64,000 nt of DNA, taken from IMG/VR virus record IMGVR_UViG_3300021400_001692, positions 1 through 64,000 of that record; one strand, given 5' to 3'. A program made the position numbers and the translations under genes. Below the pieces are notes generated by a model. The model saw only the letters and a list, made by a program, of their open reading frames with translations, was not told the DNA's origin and ran no database searches. This DNA comes from a virus (taxonomy: Duplodnaviria > Caudoviricetes). Below, in pieces: positions 32,510-41,805 of this stretch (its first letter is position 1; each line of letters starts with the position of its first letter).

Positions 32510-33583
32510 ATGCCTGAATACACCACCACCTCCGTGAGCACGGAAATGCTCAATTCCGCTTTCTGCGAGAAAGTCTTTGGCGGGCAGATCAAGGAAGCCG
32601 AAGAGAACGGCTCCCAGTATATCCGCACCAAGCTCTATGAAAACGGTATTTTCCGCCGCGTGTTCCAGTCCCGCACCGTCACCCCCGACGAACTGGACCC
32701 TGAAATCGGACACGATCAGCCGTCCATCATCTGCGAAATCGCTCCCGAAGCGCCTGCCGCCACGTTCGTTCCCTTCAAGGGCACTGCCGACCGTGAATAC
32801 TACAACGGCAACCGCTTCCGCATTCCTTTCGGCCTCGTCGAAAGCGTGCGCCAGAGCAAGAGCAAGTACGAGCTGATGACCATCCGCATGCCCATCCAGG
32901 ATTGGCTGCAGGAACATCAGGTCAAGGCCCTTCAGCAGGAAGAAGATTCCTACATCATGGGCACGCTCCGCGACATCCTTGAAAAGAACCGCGTTGAAGC
33001 CAAAAACAGCCCCAGCACCATCAAGCAGACCATCTACATCCCCGGTGACATGCATTTCAAGGATGACTTCATTGGTGGTCTCAACCTGATGACCCGCCTC
33101 CGCCTGCCCATGGGCAAGGTGCTGATGCATGCCAACACCTTCACTGAAATTCTGAAGCTGAAGATTGACGAGATCGGCCATACCCCACAGGAAGAGCATT
33201 ATCGTCGCGGCCTGGAAGGGGAAGACTCCTTCCTGGGCGTGCCGGTCATTACGACCATCAAGGACGACATCGTCCACGAAAACGAAATGTTCTTCTTCAC
33301 CAGCCAGGATTACTTCGCGAAGTTCTACTTCATTGACGACGCCATCCTGCATCTGAAGACGGAAGGCCATATGGTCGAGTTCTACACCTACGAAGTGCCT
33401 GGCTTCGGCATCGGCAACACCAAGGGTGTCGTCCGTGTTGCTTGGGAAGCTGACCCTGACAACTCCACCACCGCTGGCGGCACTGGCACTGGCACTGGCA
33501 CTGGCACTGGCACTGGCACTGGCACTGGCACTGGCACTGGCACTGGTACGGGCACTGGCACCACGGACCCCAGCAACCCCTAA
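32510..33583 (+). CDS. Major capsid protein (HK97-like fold) with (Gly-Thr)n tail
   Basis: 357 aa, position after protease/scaffold/decoration, strong C-ending codon bias, LGVPVITT-type A-domain motif. Confidence 0.8.
   Translation: MPEYTTTSVSTEMLNSAFCEKVFGGQIKEAEENGSQYIRTKLYENGIFRRVFQSRTVTPDELDPEIGHDQPSIICEIAPEAPAATFVPFKGTADREYYNGNRFRIPFGLVESVRQSKSKYELMTIRMPIQDWLQEHQVKALQQEEDSYIMGTLRDILEKNRVEAKNSPSTIKQTIYIPGDMHFKDDFIGGLNLMTRLRLPMGKVLMHANTFTEILKLKIDEIGHTPQEEHYRRGLEGEDSFLGVPVITTIKDDIVHENEMFFFTSQDYFAKFYFIDDAILHLKTEGHMVEFYTYEVPGFGIGNTKGVVRVAWEADPDNSTTAGGTGTGTGTGTGTGTGTGTGTGTGTGTGTTDPSNP
33479..33562 (+). repeat. (GGCACT)n hexanucleotide repeat
   Basis: 11 perfect units plus 3 further, partly synonymous units, encoding (GT)14. 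Confidence 0.95.
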
Positions 33584-33616
33584 CGGCCAGATAAAAGGTC
33601 GCGTTTAGATTAGCCG

Positions 33617-33646
33617 AGGGCGGAGGCGGAAGCCCCCGCCCTTTTT
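33617..33646 (+). terminator. Intrinsic terminator after the capsid gene
   Basis: AGGGCGGAGGC-GGAA-GCCCCCGCCCT followed by T-tract. Confidence 0.8.
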
Positions 33647-33657
33647 AAGAGGTTGAG

Positions 33658-33975
33658 ATGAAAATCAAGAATGTGACTAATTCATACTATGGGCTGGGCC
33701 ACGGCTTTCTGTTTAAGCCAGGTTTCCTGCTCGACCTGAATAGCCATCCAGAGCTTGACACTCCGTATGTCCGCAGCTGCATCGCCAATGGCATTTTCGC
33801 CGTTGTTGATGCGCCCAAGGCGAAGCCCGCTCCCGCTCCCGTTGTGGAAGAGCCTGTTCCTGCTCAAGTTGTGGAAGAGCCAGTTCCTGCTCCCGTTGTT
33901 GAAGAGCCCGCTCCTGTTGTTGAAGCAGAAGCCGAAGAGCAGCCGAAGCCGCGTGGCAAACGCCGCAGGGGATAG
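33658..33975 (+). CDS. Small head-associated protein with Pro/Glu/Val repeats
   Basis: 105 aa; VVEEPVPA repeats and basic C-terminus. Confidence 0.65.
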   Translation: MKIKNVTNSYYGLGHGFLFKPGFLLDLNSHPELDTPYVRSCIANGIFAVVDAPKAKPAPAPVVEEPVPAQVVEEPVPAPVVEEPAPVVEAEAEEQPKPRGKRRRG

Positions 33976-33978
33976 CAG

Positions 33979-34425
33979 ATGGCCCTGAGCGTTGCCGACA
34001 TACGCCTGTACTGCAAGGACATCGAGCCGATGAACGTCCTTCTCGAAGGGCGTTTGCAGTCGTCTGACGAGCTCATCATGTTCTGCATGAAGCTCGCCTG
34101 CAACGACTTCAACATTGTGCCTCCCGTCGGGAAAGCCACGGTTGCGAAGTTCCCATCGGACACCATCATGCTCTACGGCACGCTGCACCACCTGTGCAAC
34201 GCGGAGGCGGAGCGACAGCTCCGCAACCAGGCGACTTACTCGGCACAGGGCCTGAACGCTGGCATCGACGACAAGTTTGAGCAGTACAACCGCCTTGCTG
34301 CGTACTATAAGCAGCTGTTTGACCAGAAGATAGCCGAGTACAAGCAGTACCAGAACCTTGACAAGGCCTGGGGCGGATCAGGCTCGCCGTACGCCTACCT
34401 CAACGAGTACAACTTCAGGAGCTAG
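33979..34425 (+). CDS. Head completion/neck protein
   Basis: 148 aa helical, position after the capsid gene. Confidence 0.55.
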   Translation: MALSVADIRLYCKDIEPMNVLLEGRLQSSDELIMFCMKLACNDFNIVPPVGKATVAKFPSDTIMLYGTLHHLCNAEAERQLRNQATYSAQGLNAGIDDKFEQYNRLAAYYKQLFDQKIAEYKQYQNLDKAWGGSGSPYAYLNEYNFRS

Positions 34426-34426
34426 C

Positions 34427-34984
34427 TTGGAAGACTTCCTCAAGTACGGCCCTTCCGCGCCCAAGGATACGCACGAGTTCGAGCGCTTTCCCACTCAGAA
34501 ATACCTGACCGGGTACGCGTCAAAAATCACGCGCGACCTTGAAACGTGGGCGAGGCTGTACAACGGGAAGAAGATCGTGCTTTTCACGCTGGAAGGCACG
34601 CACCGCTGCCCTAAATGCACGAACGTGATAACCGGCGAAACGCTTTCGTCCTCCTGCAAGGAGTGCGGTGGCACGGGCATTGTCAATGCCTGGAAGAAGC
34701 GCGGCGAGTTCTGGGCGTATGTTGACTTCGGGCCGAACTATGAAATGGAAGGCCCGTACGGCAACACCAAGAATCCTGGCGGAGTGAAAGAGACGTTCAT
34801 CATTATCGGGGCGCCTCCCATCCACGACCAGGATTTCTTTGTCACCTACGACACCAAGGAAGTGTTCAAGGTGTTCAACGCCGAGCCGCGCATCATTGCG
34901 ATGGGCGGCACGGTTGTTGCCCAGGCGGCGCAGGCGTCCAACACGGAAGACGATTCCCCGCTTTACAGGGAGATTGACTGGTAA
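34427..34984 (+). CDS. Neck/head-closure protein with Cys4 zinc finger
   Basis: TTG start after AGGAG; RCPKC...SCKECGGTG. Confidence 0.55.
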   Translation: MEDFLKYGPSAPKDTHEFERFPTQKYLTGYASKITRDLETWARLYNGKKIVLFTLEGTHRCPKCTNVITGETLSSSCKECGGTGIVNAWKKRGEFWAYVDFGPNYEMEGPYGNTKNPGGVKETFIIIGAPPIHDQDFFVTYDTKEVFKVFNAEPRIIAMGGTVVAQAAQASNTEDDSPLYREIDW

Positions 34985-35604
34985 TGCTGAAGAAGCCCAT
35001 CGGGAGCAAGCTTGTTCCCTATGCCTCGCCGCTGCACGTCACCGAAGTGGCCATGCTGCTTCTCAAGATGTATTTCAGCAGGCTGCCGGAAGACGACCCC
35101 TACCGCTTTTGCAATGAGCTCGACCTTACCGGAGTGCTGTTCGATACCGCATTGAACAAGGATTCCTCGGTTGTTGCGAACAAGCCGCTGATAACGGTCG
35201 GGCGCGGCATGCAGAGCTTCAACGTCGCCATGCTCGGCGACGTTGCCACGTTCAGCATGCCGAAGGCGTCCAGGCAGGCATCCAACCTTGTTGAATCGGC
35301 AGTCGACGTGCATGTGCTCAGCAGGAAGCGGGCGGAGGCGGACATACTTGGCGAGCGTGTGTTCGCCATGCTCATGGAGATGCGGGCCTTGCTGCCAGTG
35401 CTGCTTCCGCTGCACATGGTAAGGGCTGTCACGATGACGCAGGCGCAGCCTATGGAGCAGGACGACCAGTGCTTTGCCGTCGACCTGTCCATGCAGTACG
35501 TGATGCAGTACAAGTGGGACCATTCCACGAATGCCGACATATTGCAGGATATCCGAGGTATAATTAACGCGCCCGATAGGACAATATTTAATCAAACAAC
35601 TTAA
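34984..35604 (+). CDS. Tail completion/terminator-like protein
   Basis: 206 aa directly upstream of the sheath gene. Confidence 0.5.
   Translation: MLKKPIGSKLVPYASPLHVTEVAMLLLKMYFSRLPEDDPYRFCNELDLTGVLFDTALNKDSSVVANKPLITVGRGMQSFNVAMLGDVATFSMPKASRQASNLVESAVDVHVLSRKRAEADILGERVFAMLMEMRALLPVLLPLHMVRAVTMTQAQPMEQDDQCFAVDLSMQYVMQYKWDHSTNADILQDIRGIINAPDRTIFNQTT
35581..35590 (+). promoter_or_regulatory. Partial late-promoter motif (ACAATATTTA)
   Basis: Core of the motif 38 nt upstream of the sheath gene. Confidence 0.45.
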
Positions 35605-35627
35605 ACCATCAGCATGAGGTTTCAATA

Positions 35628-37604
35628 ATGGCCTATATCGAACCCCTAGTAATGGTGTATCAGGAGTATGCCAGCCTGAGCACCTCTACGGAGACTGCCA
35701 CTCTGCCGGCGTGCATCATCGGCCCCTGCTATGATGTTGTCGACCCGGTTGAGGACGCGGCCACGGCCTACCTTGGGACGTACGGGCGCGAGGGCTTGAG
35801 CGCTTACCTTACCTCGCTGCATACGGCAGGCGCCATCATAGACGAGTCCACCATCCAGGTGCTCTTTTCCTCCCCCAGGGCGCAGGTGTCCACGATTTCG
35901 GTTACTGCCAGCGCGGATTCCGTTTCTACGATTACCCTCGACACAGACGCCCTCGCGGCGGTGAAGGTCGGCGATTACATTGAGTTCGCGGTTGACGACA
36001 CGTTCCAGGAAGGCACTTGGCGCGTCGTGTCCATTACCGGGGATAAAGCCCGCCTGAGCAATCCTCTTCCCCTGGACAACACCGGAGCCGTGCTTTCCGG
36101 CCTTACCGGATACGTGTGCCGCACTGTCAGCGACTTTACTAAGAAGCTCGCTGACGTTACCGGAATGAGCTATACGGCTGCGGATGATTCGCTTGACGTT
36201 CCCTCCGGCATCAAGGTCGAAGTGAAGGTCGGCACTACGACGGTGGACGCCGATGTCGTGTACGCCAACATCTATGTCGGCTTCAAGGCGCTCCGCCAGG
36301 ATCTCTCCGAAGTCGGCGTCGTCTACTCCGTCGATGAGATTATCGCCCAGTGCGGCAAGATCACCAAGGAGAACCCGCTGGCCTTCGGCCTCAGCGTTGC
36401 CCTCGCCAACTCCGCGGACACCGGTATCTACTATGTTGGCATCGACACGGACGATCTTGAAGGCTACACCGCCGCCAAGGACAAGATCGAGCACTACAGC
36501 CCGCTGTACTCCATCGTTCCGCTGACTTTCCAGAAGGGTGTGCTTGCCATGTTCAAGCAGCATGCGGAAGCCATGAGCCAGGCTGAAATCGGCCAGTGGC
36601 GTGTTGCGTTCGGCTGCACTGAGTTCCCCAAGGAAATTGTCCTCGCTGAGGGCAACGGCACCGTGAAGCTCATGGGTGAAAAGCTTCGCCGCATCGAAGA
36701 CCTGGACGGCTCCTTCATCGAGGACGGCGTTGACGCCAACGACATCCTTGAGGTTTGGCAGACTCCTGCGGAAGGCGCGGAAATCGTTTCCTATCGTCTG
36801 CCAATCAAGGAAGTCACCAACACGCTCATTGTGCTTGACGCAGCTAAGAGCCTCACCGGCCCCACGCCAACGCTGGTCGACGGCGTTACGCTGGCCACGG
36901 GCGTGTTTGCCGCAGGCGACTTGGTCAACTACCGCATTATCAAGAAGAACGTGTCCAAGGTCGACGAGGCCAAGGCCATTGCCGCTGTGTCCAAGTCTTA
37001 TGGCAGCCCTCGCTTCGTCAACGTGTGGCCTGATGTTTGCGTGATCGACGGCGAAGAGCTCCCCGGCTACTACCTGTGCTGCGCCATTGCCGGCGCGGTT
37101 GCCACGCTGCAGCCCCATTACGGCTTCACTCGCACCTCCATTGCGGGCATTGACGCCGTGAAGCACTCCGGCGACTACTTCAACCGCGAGCAGCTGAACA
37201 TGATCGCCGACGGCGGCACGTTCATCTTCGTGCAGGAAGCCCCCACGGCAGTGCCCAGCATCCGCCATCAGCTGACCACGGACCGCAGCGCCCTCGAGTT
37301 CCAGGAACTCTCCTTCGTGAAGAACTTCGACTACGTGTGCTACATCCTCAAGGATGTTCTCGACCGCTTCATCGGTAAGTGGAACATCACGGAAAGCACC
37401 CTTGCGGCAGTCCGCACCGCCATCACCGGCGTGCTGGAAAACCTCCGCCTGGAGTCCTATCCGAAGATTGGCTCCCCTGTCATTTCCTACAGCGTCAACG
37501 AAGTGCGCCGCAGCGACGTTTCCCGCGACCGCATCGAAGCCTTCGCGGACGTTGAATTCCCGTACCCCCTCAACACCATTGCCATGCACGTCATAAGCGT
37601 GTAG
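35628..37604 (+). CDS. Contractile tail sheath protein
   Basis: 658 aa; sheath-like C-terminal domain (IRHQLTT, ELSFVKNFDYV, FIGKWNIT, VEFPYPLNTIAMHV). Confidence 0.88.
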   Translation: MAYIEPLVMVYQEYASLSTSTETATLPACIIGPCYDVVDPVEDAATAYLGTYGREGLSAYLTSLHTAGAIIDESTIQVLFSSPRAQVSTISVTASADSVSTITLDTDALAAVKVGDYIEFAVDDTFQEGTWRVVSITGDKARLSNPLPLDNTGAVLSGLTGYVCRTVSDFTKKLADVTGMSYTAADDSLDVPSGIKVEVKVGTTTVDADVVYANIYVGFKALRQDLSEVGVVYSVDEIIAQCGKITKENPLAFGLSVALANSADTGIYYVGIDTDDLEGYTAAKDKIEHYSPLYSIVPLTFQKGVLAMFKQHAEAMSQAEIGQWRVAFGCTEFPKEIVLAEGNGTVKLMGEKLRRIEDLDGSFIEDGVDANDILEVWQTPAEGAEIVSYRLPIKEVTNTLIVLDAAKSLTGPTPTLVDGVTLATGVFAAGDLVNYRIIKKNVSKVDEAKAIAAVSKSYGSPRFVNVWPDVCVIDGEELPGYYLCCAIAGAVATLQPHYGFTRTSIAGIDAVKHSGDYFNREQLNMIADGGTFIFVQEAPTAVPSIRHQLTTDRSALEFQELSFVKNFDYVCYILKDVLDRFIGKWNITESTLAAVRTAITGVLENLRLESYPKIGSPVISYSVNEVRRSDVSRDRIEAFADVEFPYPLNTIAMHVISV

Positions 37605-37617
37605 TCCGGAGGCACTC

Positions 37618-38376
37618 ATGGCTTCGAACGCCGATTATTCCAAAGTTACTTTCGGGCCTACCGGATCTTGGAACATCTACAAGGATTCCATCTCCGGCAA
37701 GGTGAATGATGTCAATTCCTGGGTCGAAGAGTACAAGCACGCCTTCATCAACCAGAACCACGATGAGTCTCAGCTCAACCTGATTCTGCCTGACGACTGC
37801 CTTGTGCTCATCGGGCCGCCCCGCCTCAAGGACGCCCAGGACACCAGCGGCATGTACGCCGTCGGCTTCCTTAACCAGATTTCCTACACGGAAACCCGCA
37901 ACGTGCAGCCCCTCAAGGCCATCGGCTCCCGCCGGCACATCTTTGCGGCCACCAACAACCCCGTGCAGGGGACCATCACGCGCCTGATGTTCATTGGCGA
38001 CAAACTGCTCCGCGCCCTGTCCAAGTCCCAGAGCATCCCGGACAGCATCGCCAAGAACGTCAACAGCACCTACTACGACGGCAAGCTGTTCAACGAAAAC
38101 GCCTCCAACGGCGAAGTCGGCGAATGGTTCTCCAACATCGAGGAAGACCTCTTCCGCGTGCCGTTCGGCATGGGCGTCATCTACAACAGCCCCTCCTCCC
38201 TCGCCTCCTCGAACAGCAAGTTCGACGCCGGCAAGGGCGTTGCCGAATACATTGAAGGCTGCGTGCTGCTTAACCGCACCATGAGCCTCCAGTCCGGACA
38301 GGCCATGGTCATGGAGCAGGTTACTTTCATGGCAGACCGCGTGGTCGGCTGGTCCAGCTGGAACGGCAACAACTAA
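37618..38376 (+). CDS. Tail tube protein
   Basis: 252 aa after sheath; AVGFLNQISYTETRNVQPLKAIGS and IEGCVLLNRTMS motifs. Confidence 0.75.
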   Translation: MASNADYSKVTFGPTGSWNIYKDSISGKVNDVNSWVEEYKHAFINQNHDESQLNLILPDDCLVLIGPPRLKDAQDTSGMYAVGFLNQISYTETRNVQPLKAIGSRRHIFAATNNPVQGTITRLMFIGDKLLRALSKSQSIPDSIAKNVNSTYYDGKLFNENASNGEVGEWFSNIEEDLFRVPFGMGVIYNSPSSLASSNSKFDAGKGVAEYIEGCVLLNRTMSLQSGQAMVMEQVTFMADRVVGWSSWNGNN

Positions 38377-38401
38377 ATCAACCTCCACACCCCTCCCCCT
38401 A

Positions 38402-38442
38402 GGCTGCGTGCGCTCATCCTCCGGCGTGCGCAGCCATTTTTT
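38402..38442 (+). terminator. Intrinsic terminator after the tube gene
   Basis: GGCTGCGTGCGC/GCGTGCGCAGCC stem then T-tract. Confidence 0.75.
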
Positions 38443-38480
38443 ATGCTGATATTTGCCTACCAGGTGGGCAATCTTTAGGC

Positions 38481-39707
38481 ATGAACACGAGCCCTTTCCG
38501 CACAGGAACGATAATCAGTTTCGAGCCTAAGACGTGCACCTGCGACGTCAGCTTTTCCTTATGGGACGGCGTCATCAAGAACGTGCCCATCATGGGCACC
38601 GCCGGTGGAACCTTCTCAAACGACCTTACCGTAACGCAGACCTATGTGGGGCAGCTTGCCCTGCTGGCATACGTTGACGCCCAGTGGTACGTTGTTGGAA
38701 CGCTGCCCATGCGCAAAGCCATCTCCGCTTCCGGGATAACAAGCACGACGGGGACGGACACTGGCGCAGATACATATTCGCGCAGCGAGAACCCTAATGA
38801 TTACGTTGCTGGACGCTTTTCCGACTATCTGCCCGGAGACAAGGTTCTTCAGGCTGACAACGGAGGGTTCCTGCTGCTCGGCACTGGCGGACTTGCTATT
38901 CTGCAGGCGTCTCCCTTGGCGCAGGTGCAGCTTGGCGCTGGGAAGGACTTTTGCCGCATTGTCGCCCGTGAATTCGAGGTGGCATCAGACGTCGGCATGA
39001 TGCGTTTTACTGGTGGCGGGCCGAATGGCGGAACAAGCCTTCTGTTTACCGGAGGGGCCAGCTACAGCGATGAATCTGCAACGGACGATGCTCCGGCGAC
39101 TTCCGTGAAGATGGCGCTTGGCAATGTGCCAGGCGATCCTAATGCGCGGTTTGCCTTGCTTGTTGATCATCCGCTAGGAAGCAACCATGTGCACACCTAT
39201 GTTGGCATAGACGGAACCTATTCGACGGAGATGACCGACGATAACGACCTCCGGATTGGCGGCAACTCAACGCATGTGGTCAATAAGAACGAGTACCACT
39301 ACGTTATCGGCGACCAGGTCGAGGTTATAGGCGACGACCCTTCCGAGGCCGAACGCCAGGCGTACGGAGAGGACTACACGGATGACATTACCGTGGCTGG
39401 CGTTACCATTCCAGGTAACCGTCCGAAGAAGTCTGGAAATAGGGATGTCACGGTCAAGCTGAAGGATAAGCTTACTGTTGAGGGCGACCAGGAAACGACT
39501 GTGCAGAAGTCGCGGTCCGTTTCCGTGCTGCTTAACGATAGCGAAACCGTGCTGCTGAAGAAGGACGTTACTGCGCTGCTGCAGTTCGATATCACTACGC
39601 GGCTGCTTAACCTGAAGGTGTGCGGCATTTCCATATCGTCACCTCCAGGATTTAAGGGCGCTGCGTGTACGCTGTCCTGTTCTTCGTTCAATATATCAAG
39701 AGGTTGA
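38481..39707 (+). CDS. Baseplate central spike (gp5/gpV/VgrG-like)
   Basis: N-terminal OB-fold-like GTIISFEPKTCTCDV and C-terminal beta-helix-like repeats; a PAAR-like gene lies two genes downstream. Confidence 0.65.
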   Translation: MNTSPFRTGTIISFEPKTCTCDVSFSLWDGVIKNVPIMGTAGGTFSNDLTVTQTYVGQLALLAYVDAQWYVVGTLPMRKAISASGITSTTGTDTGADTYSRSENPNDYVAGRFSDYLPGDKVLQADNGGFLLLGTGGLAILQASPLAQVQLGAGKDFCRIVAREFEVASDVGMMRFTGGGPNGGTSLLFTGGASYSDESATDDAPATSVKMALGNVPGDPNARFALLVDHPLGSNHVHTYVGIDGTYSTEMTDDNDLRIGGNSTHVVNKNEYHYVIGDQVEVIGDDPSEAERQAYGEDYTDDITVAGVTIPGNRPKKSGNRDVTVKLKDKLTVEGDQETTVQKSRSVSVLLNDSETVLLKKDVTALLQFDITTRLLNLKVCGISISSPPGFKGAACTLSCSSFNISRG

Positions 39708-39709
39708 TA

Positions 39710-40510
39710 ATGGGTATCAGTGCCATAGCTGTTTTAGCCTGCGAAACGCTGCTGTCCTTGTACAGGGAGATGTTCAACACTCTCAAGGACATGATAAAGC
39801 GCATAAAGAAGCTTCTCCGCAAGGTAGTGAACATGTTCACTATTCCATTTGAGAAGATTCTCAAGCAGATTATGTCCTACATAGATTTCCTGAAGAACAT
39901 CAACTTTGATTTCAGGTTTGGGCTTCAGGATCTGATCGACGCGATAGACCTTGTTTTCAAATGCCCTATTTTGGACGCCATGATAGGCACGACGGCAAGG
40001 GGATTGATGGACGCAATTAAGAAGGGCTTGGACCTGCCAAAAACCCTGTTTGAGAACTTCAAGAACATGATTGTCGCCAAGATATCGGCTTTCATGGCTT
40101 CCATCTATGCGCTCGTTAACAACCCGTTGTCCAAGATGATGAACAAGCTCAATGGGTTTATGTCTGGGTCTTTTGGGTTGAACTATGTCCTCAATTTTAT
40201 GAACGACATAGAGAAGTGTCTTGGCTTCTGCTGCAAGGCCGGGACGAAGGTGAAGATGCTTGGCGACGCTATCATAGCTGACCCGTGGGCAATGCTCGGT
40301 TTTGTTAAGGACGGCAAAGACGGGCACAAGTTTGATCCGGAAGGCGCGATTTCCAAAACCTGGAGAAATCTTAAGAACAAGGTTACGGACTCCGCTACGA
40401 CGCTGAGCGACACCTGCTCGAAGCAGTTTGACGAGCTGAAGAAGGCGCTGTCCGACTTTAAGGACAAGCCCATCATCATGCCTCCGAAGCAGGCCAAGGC
40501 TGGTGCGTAA
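39710..40510 (+). CDS. Helical baseplate-region protein
   Basis: ATG 39710 after RBS GAGG; amphipathic helices. Confidence 0.6.
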   Translation: MGISAIAVLACETLLSLYREMFNTLKDMIKRIKKLLRKVVNMFTIPFEKILKQIMSYIDFLKNINFDFRFGLQDLIDAIDLVFKCPILDAMIGTTARGLMDAIKKGLDLPKTLFENFKNMIVAKISAFMASIYALVNNPLSKMMNKLNGFMSGSFGLNYVLNFMNDIEKCLGFCCKAGTKVKMLGDAIIADPWAMLGFVKDGKDGHKFDPEGAISKTWRNLKNKVTDSATTLSDTCSKQFDELKKALSDFKDKPIIMPPKQAKAGA

Positions 40511-40812
40511 TGGCTCAGGCAGTTGCCTTTGAAGGGTGCGAGTTCGAGGGTGCCTGCGACAACCCTGACCACGGGCACGTTACCGGGCATCTTGATCCGG
40601 AAACCTGCGAGTTCGCAAAGATTGAGGGAAAGAAGATCGCCGTGGTCGGTACGAAAGGCATAGGCTCTTGCGGATGCACATGCTACGTCACCACGGGGTC
40701 GGAAGTGTGGTTCATAGAAGGAAAGGCCGTGGCACGCGAAGGAGACAGCGTAGGCCATGGCATAACCGGGCATATAAAGCCCGTGCCGAACGCTTTTGTT
40801 TTTACTGATTAG
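40510..40812 (+). CDS. PAAR-like spike tip protein
   Basis: 100 aa; IEGKKIAVVG and IEGKAVAREGD repeats with Cys/His metal ligands. Confidence 0.75.
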   Translation: MAQAVAFEGCEFEGACDNPDHGHVTGHLDPETCEFAKIEGKKIAVVGTKGIGSCGCTCYVTTGSEVWFIEGKAVAREGDSVGHGITGHIKPVPNAFVFTD

Positions 40813-40828
40813 CTTAGAGGAGTGAGGT

Positions 40829-41422
40829 ATGGATATTAGGACTGCTACGAAGGGTACGAAGCCGCAGAAGCTTGTTACGGAGGCCGCCGTGCCTACTGTT
40901 ACCGACAAGACGCCTACTGAGGAGCTTTATGACGGCGATGCCCTTGTGAAGGAATACATGGAATTTCTCAAGGAGCATAACATCAGCAAGGATGATGTGA
41001 TGCGCCTGCTTGATGCCATTATCACGGACGGCTCGGTTGACTGGAACGCCACGCTGTTCAATGGGCGCGTGCCTATCAGCTTCACCATGCGCAGCGGATG
41101 GGTGGAGGACGAGGTTGCCCGGCGCGTTGATGAAACCTCCGCTGATGCGAAGGGAATGTCCATGCCAAGGTTTTCTAATCTGCTCAGGATGCTCAATATT
41201 GCTGGTTCGCTCACGAAGCTCGGTGAGCGGACGTTCTCCCTGGAGAAACCAGAAGATTTTGATGCGCAGTATGCCTTTGTGCAGTCATTGCCGTATCCGC
41301 TTATTGCCGCCATCGGCACGGAGCTTGCCGTGTTTGACCGTGCCGTAGCCGTTGCCACGTCAGACTGGGCCTTGCGAAATTTTACTGCACCCCAGAAGGA
41401 AAGTTCGCAGCCTGGCAGCTAA
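40829..41422 (+). CDS. Tail assembly chaperone (G-like)
   Basis: 197 aa acidic, two genes before the tape measure; slippery heptamer near its end. Confidence 0.7.
   Translation: MDIRTATKGTKPQKLVTEAAVPTVTDKTPTEELYDGDALVKEYMEFLKEHNISKDDVMRLLDAIITDGSVDWNATLFNGRVPISFTMRSGWVEDEVARRVDETSADAKGMSMPRFSNLLRMLNIAGSLTKLGERTFSLEKPEDFDAQYAFVQSLPYPLIAAIGTELAVFDRAVAVATSDWALRNFTAPQKESSQPGS
41377..41383 (+). promoter_or_regulatory. -1 programmed frameshift site A AAT TTT
   Basis: X XXY YYZ heptamer in the G frame; -1 frame is open into the 41455..41805 ORF. Confidence 0.7.
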
Positions 41423-41454
41423 AGAACTCTGGGGTTGTTTTTAGCAGGGGAACT

Positions 41455-41805
41455 GTGCAGTACCGGCTGCTTGGCTTGGAGTACAATGTCAGCAGTATGG
41501 TCGGCAATGCGATCGAGCGGTGGAAGGGTGCACGGCTGGCTGAGGCGAATGTGATAGCCTTGGCTGGCAGGCCGGCAGCCGCTGATTATTTACAGCAGGT
41601 TATGGCGCAGTATGACAAGCTTGCGCAACTGATTACGAATCCGTTTATGGTTGGAAACTCCTCTAGTGCGGCAACGGATGAGGATTCCCGCAAATACCTG
41701 CATTTGATGGACGGGAAGTTTATGGGCTTCGGCGAGGCTATCGAAGCCATGAAGACAGTGAACAGGAAAGTTATAGAGGCCAAAGAGAATGCTGACCCCC
41801 GCTAG
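41455..41805 (+). CDS. Tail assembly chaperone T-segment (likely translated as a GT fusion)
   Basis: Frame open from 41377; the ORF lacks a convincing RBS/ATG start. Confidence 0.65.
   Translation: MQYRLLGLEYNVSSMVGNAIERWKGARLAEANVIALAGRPAAADYLQQVMAQYDKLAQLITNPFMVGNSSSAATDEDSRKYLHLMDGKFMGFGEAIEAMKTVNRKVIEAKENADPR

Noticed and set aside
16505-33562. 336-, 48-, 21- and 6-nt tandem repeats as a possible CRISPR or other noncoding array
   Set aside because: All are in-frame intragenic repeats without unique spacers
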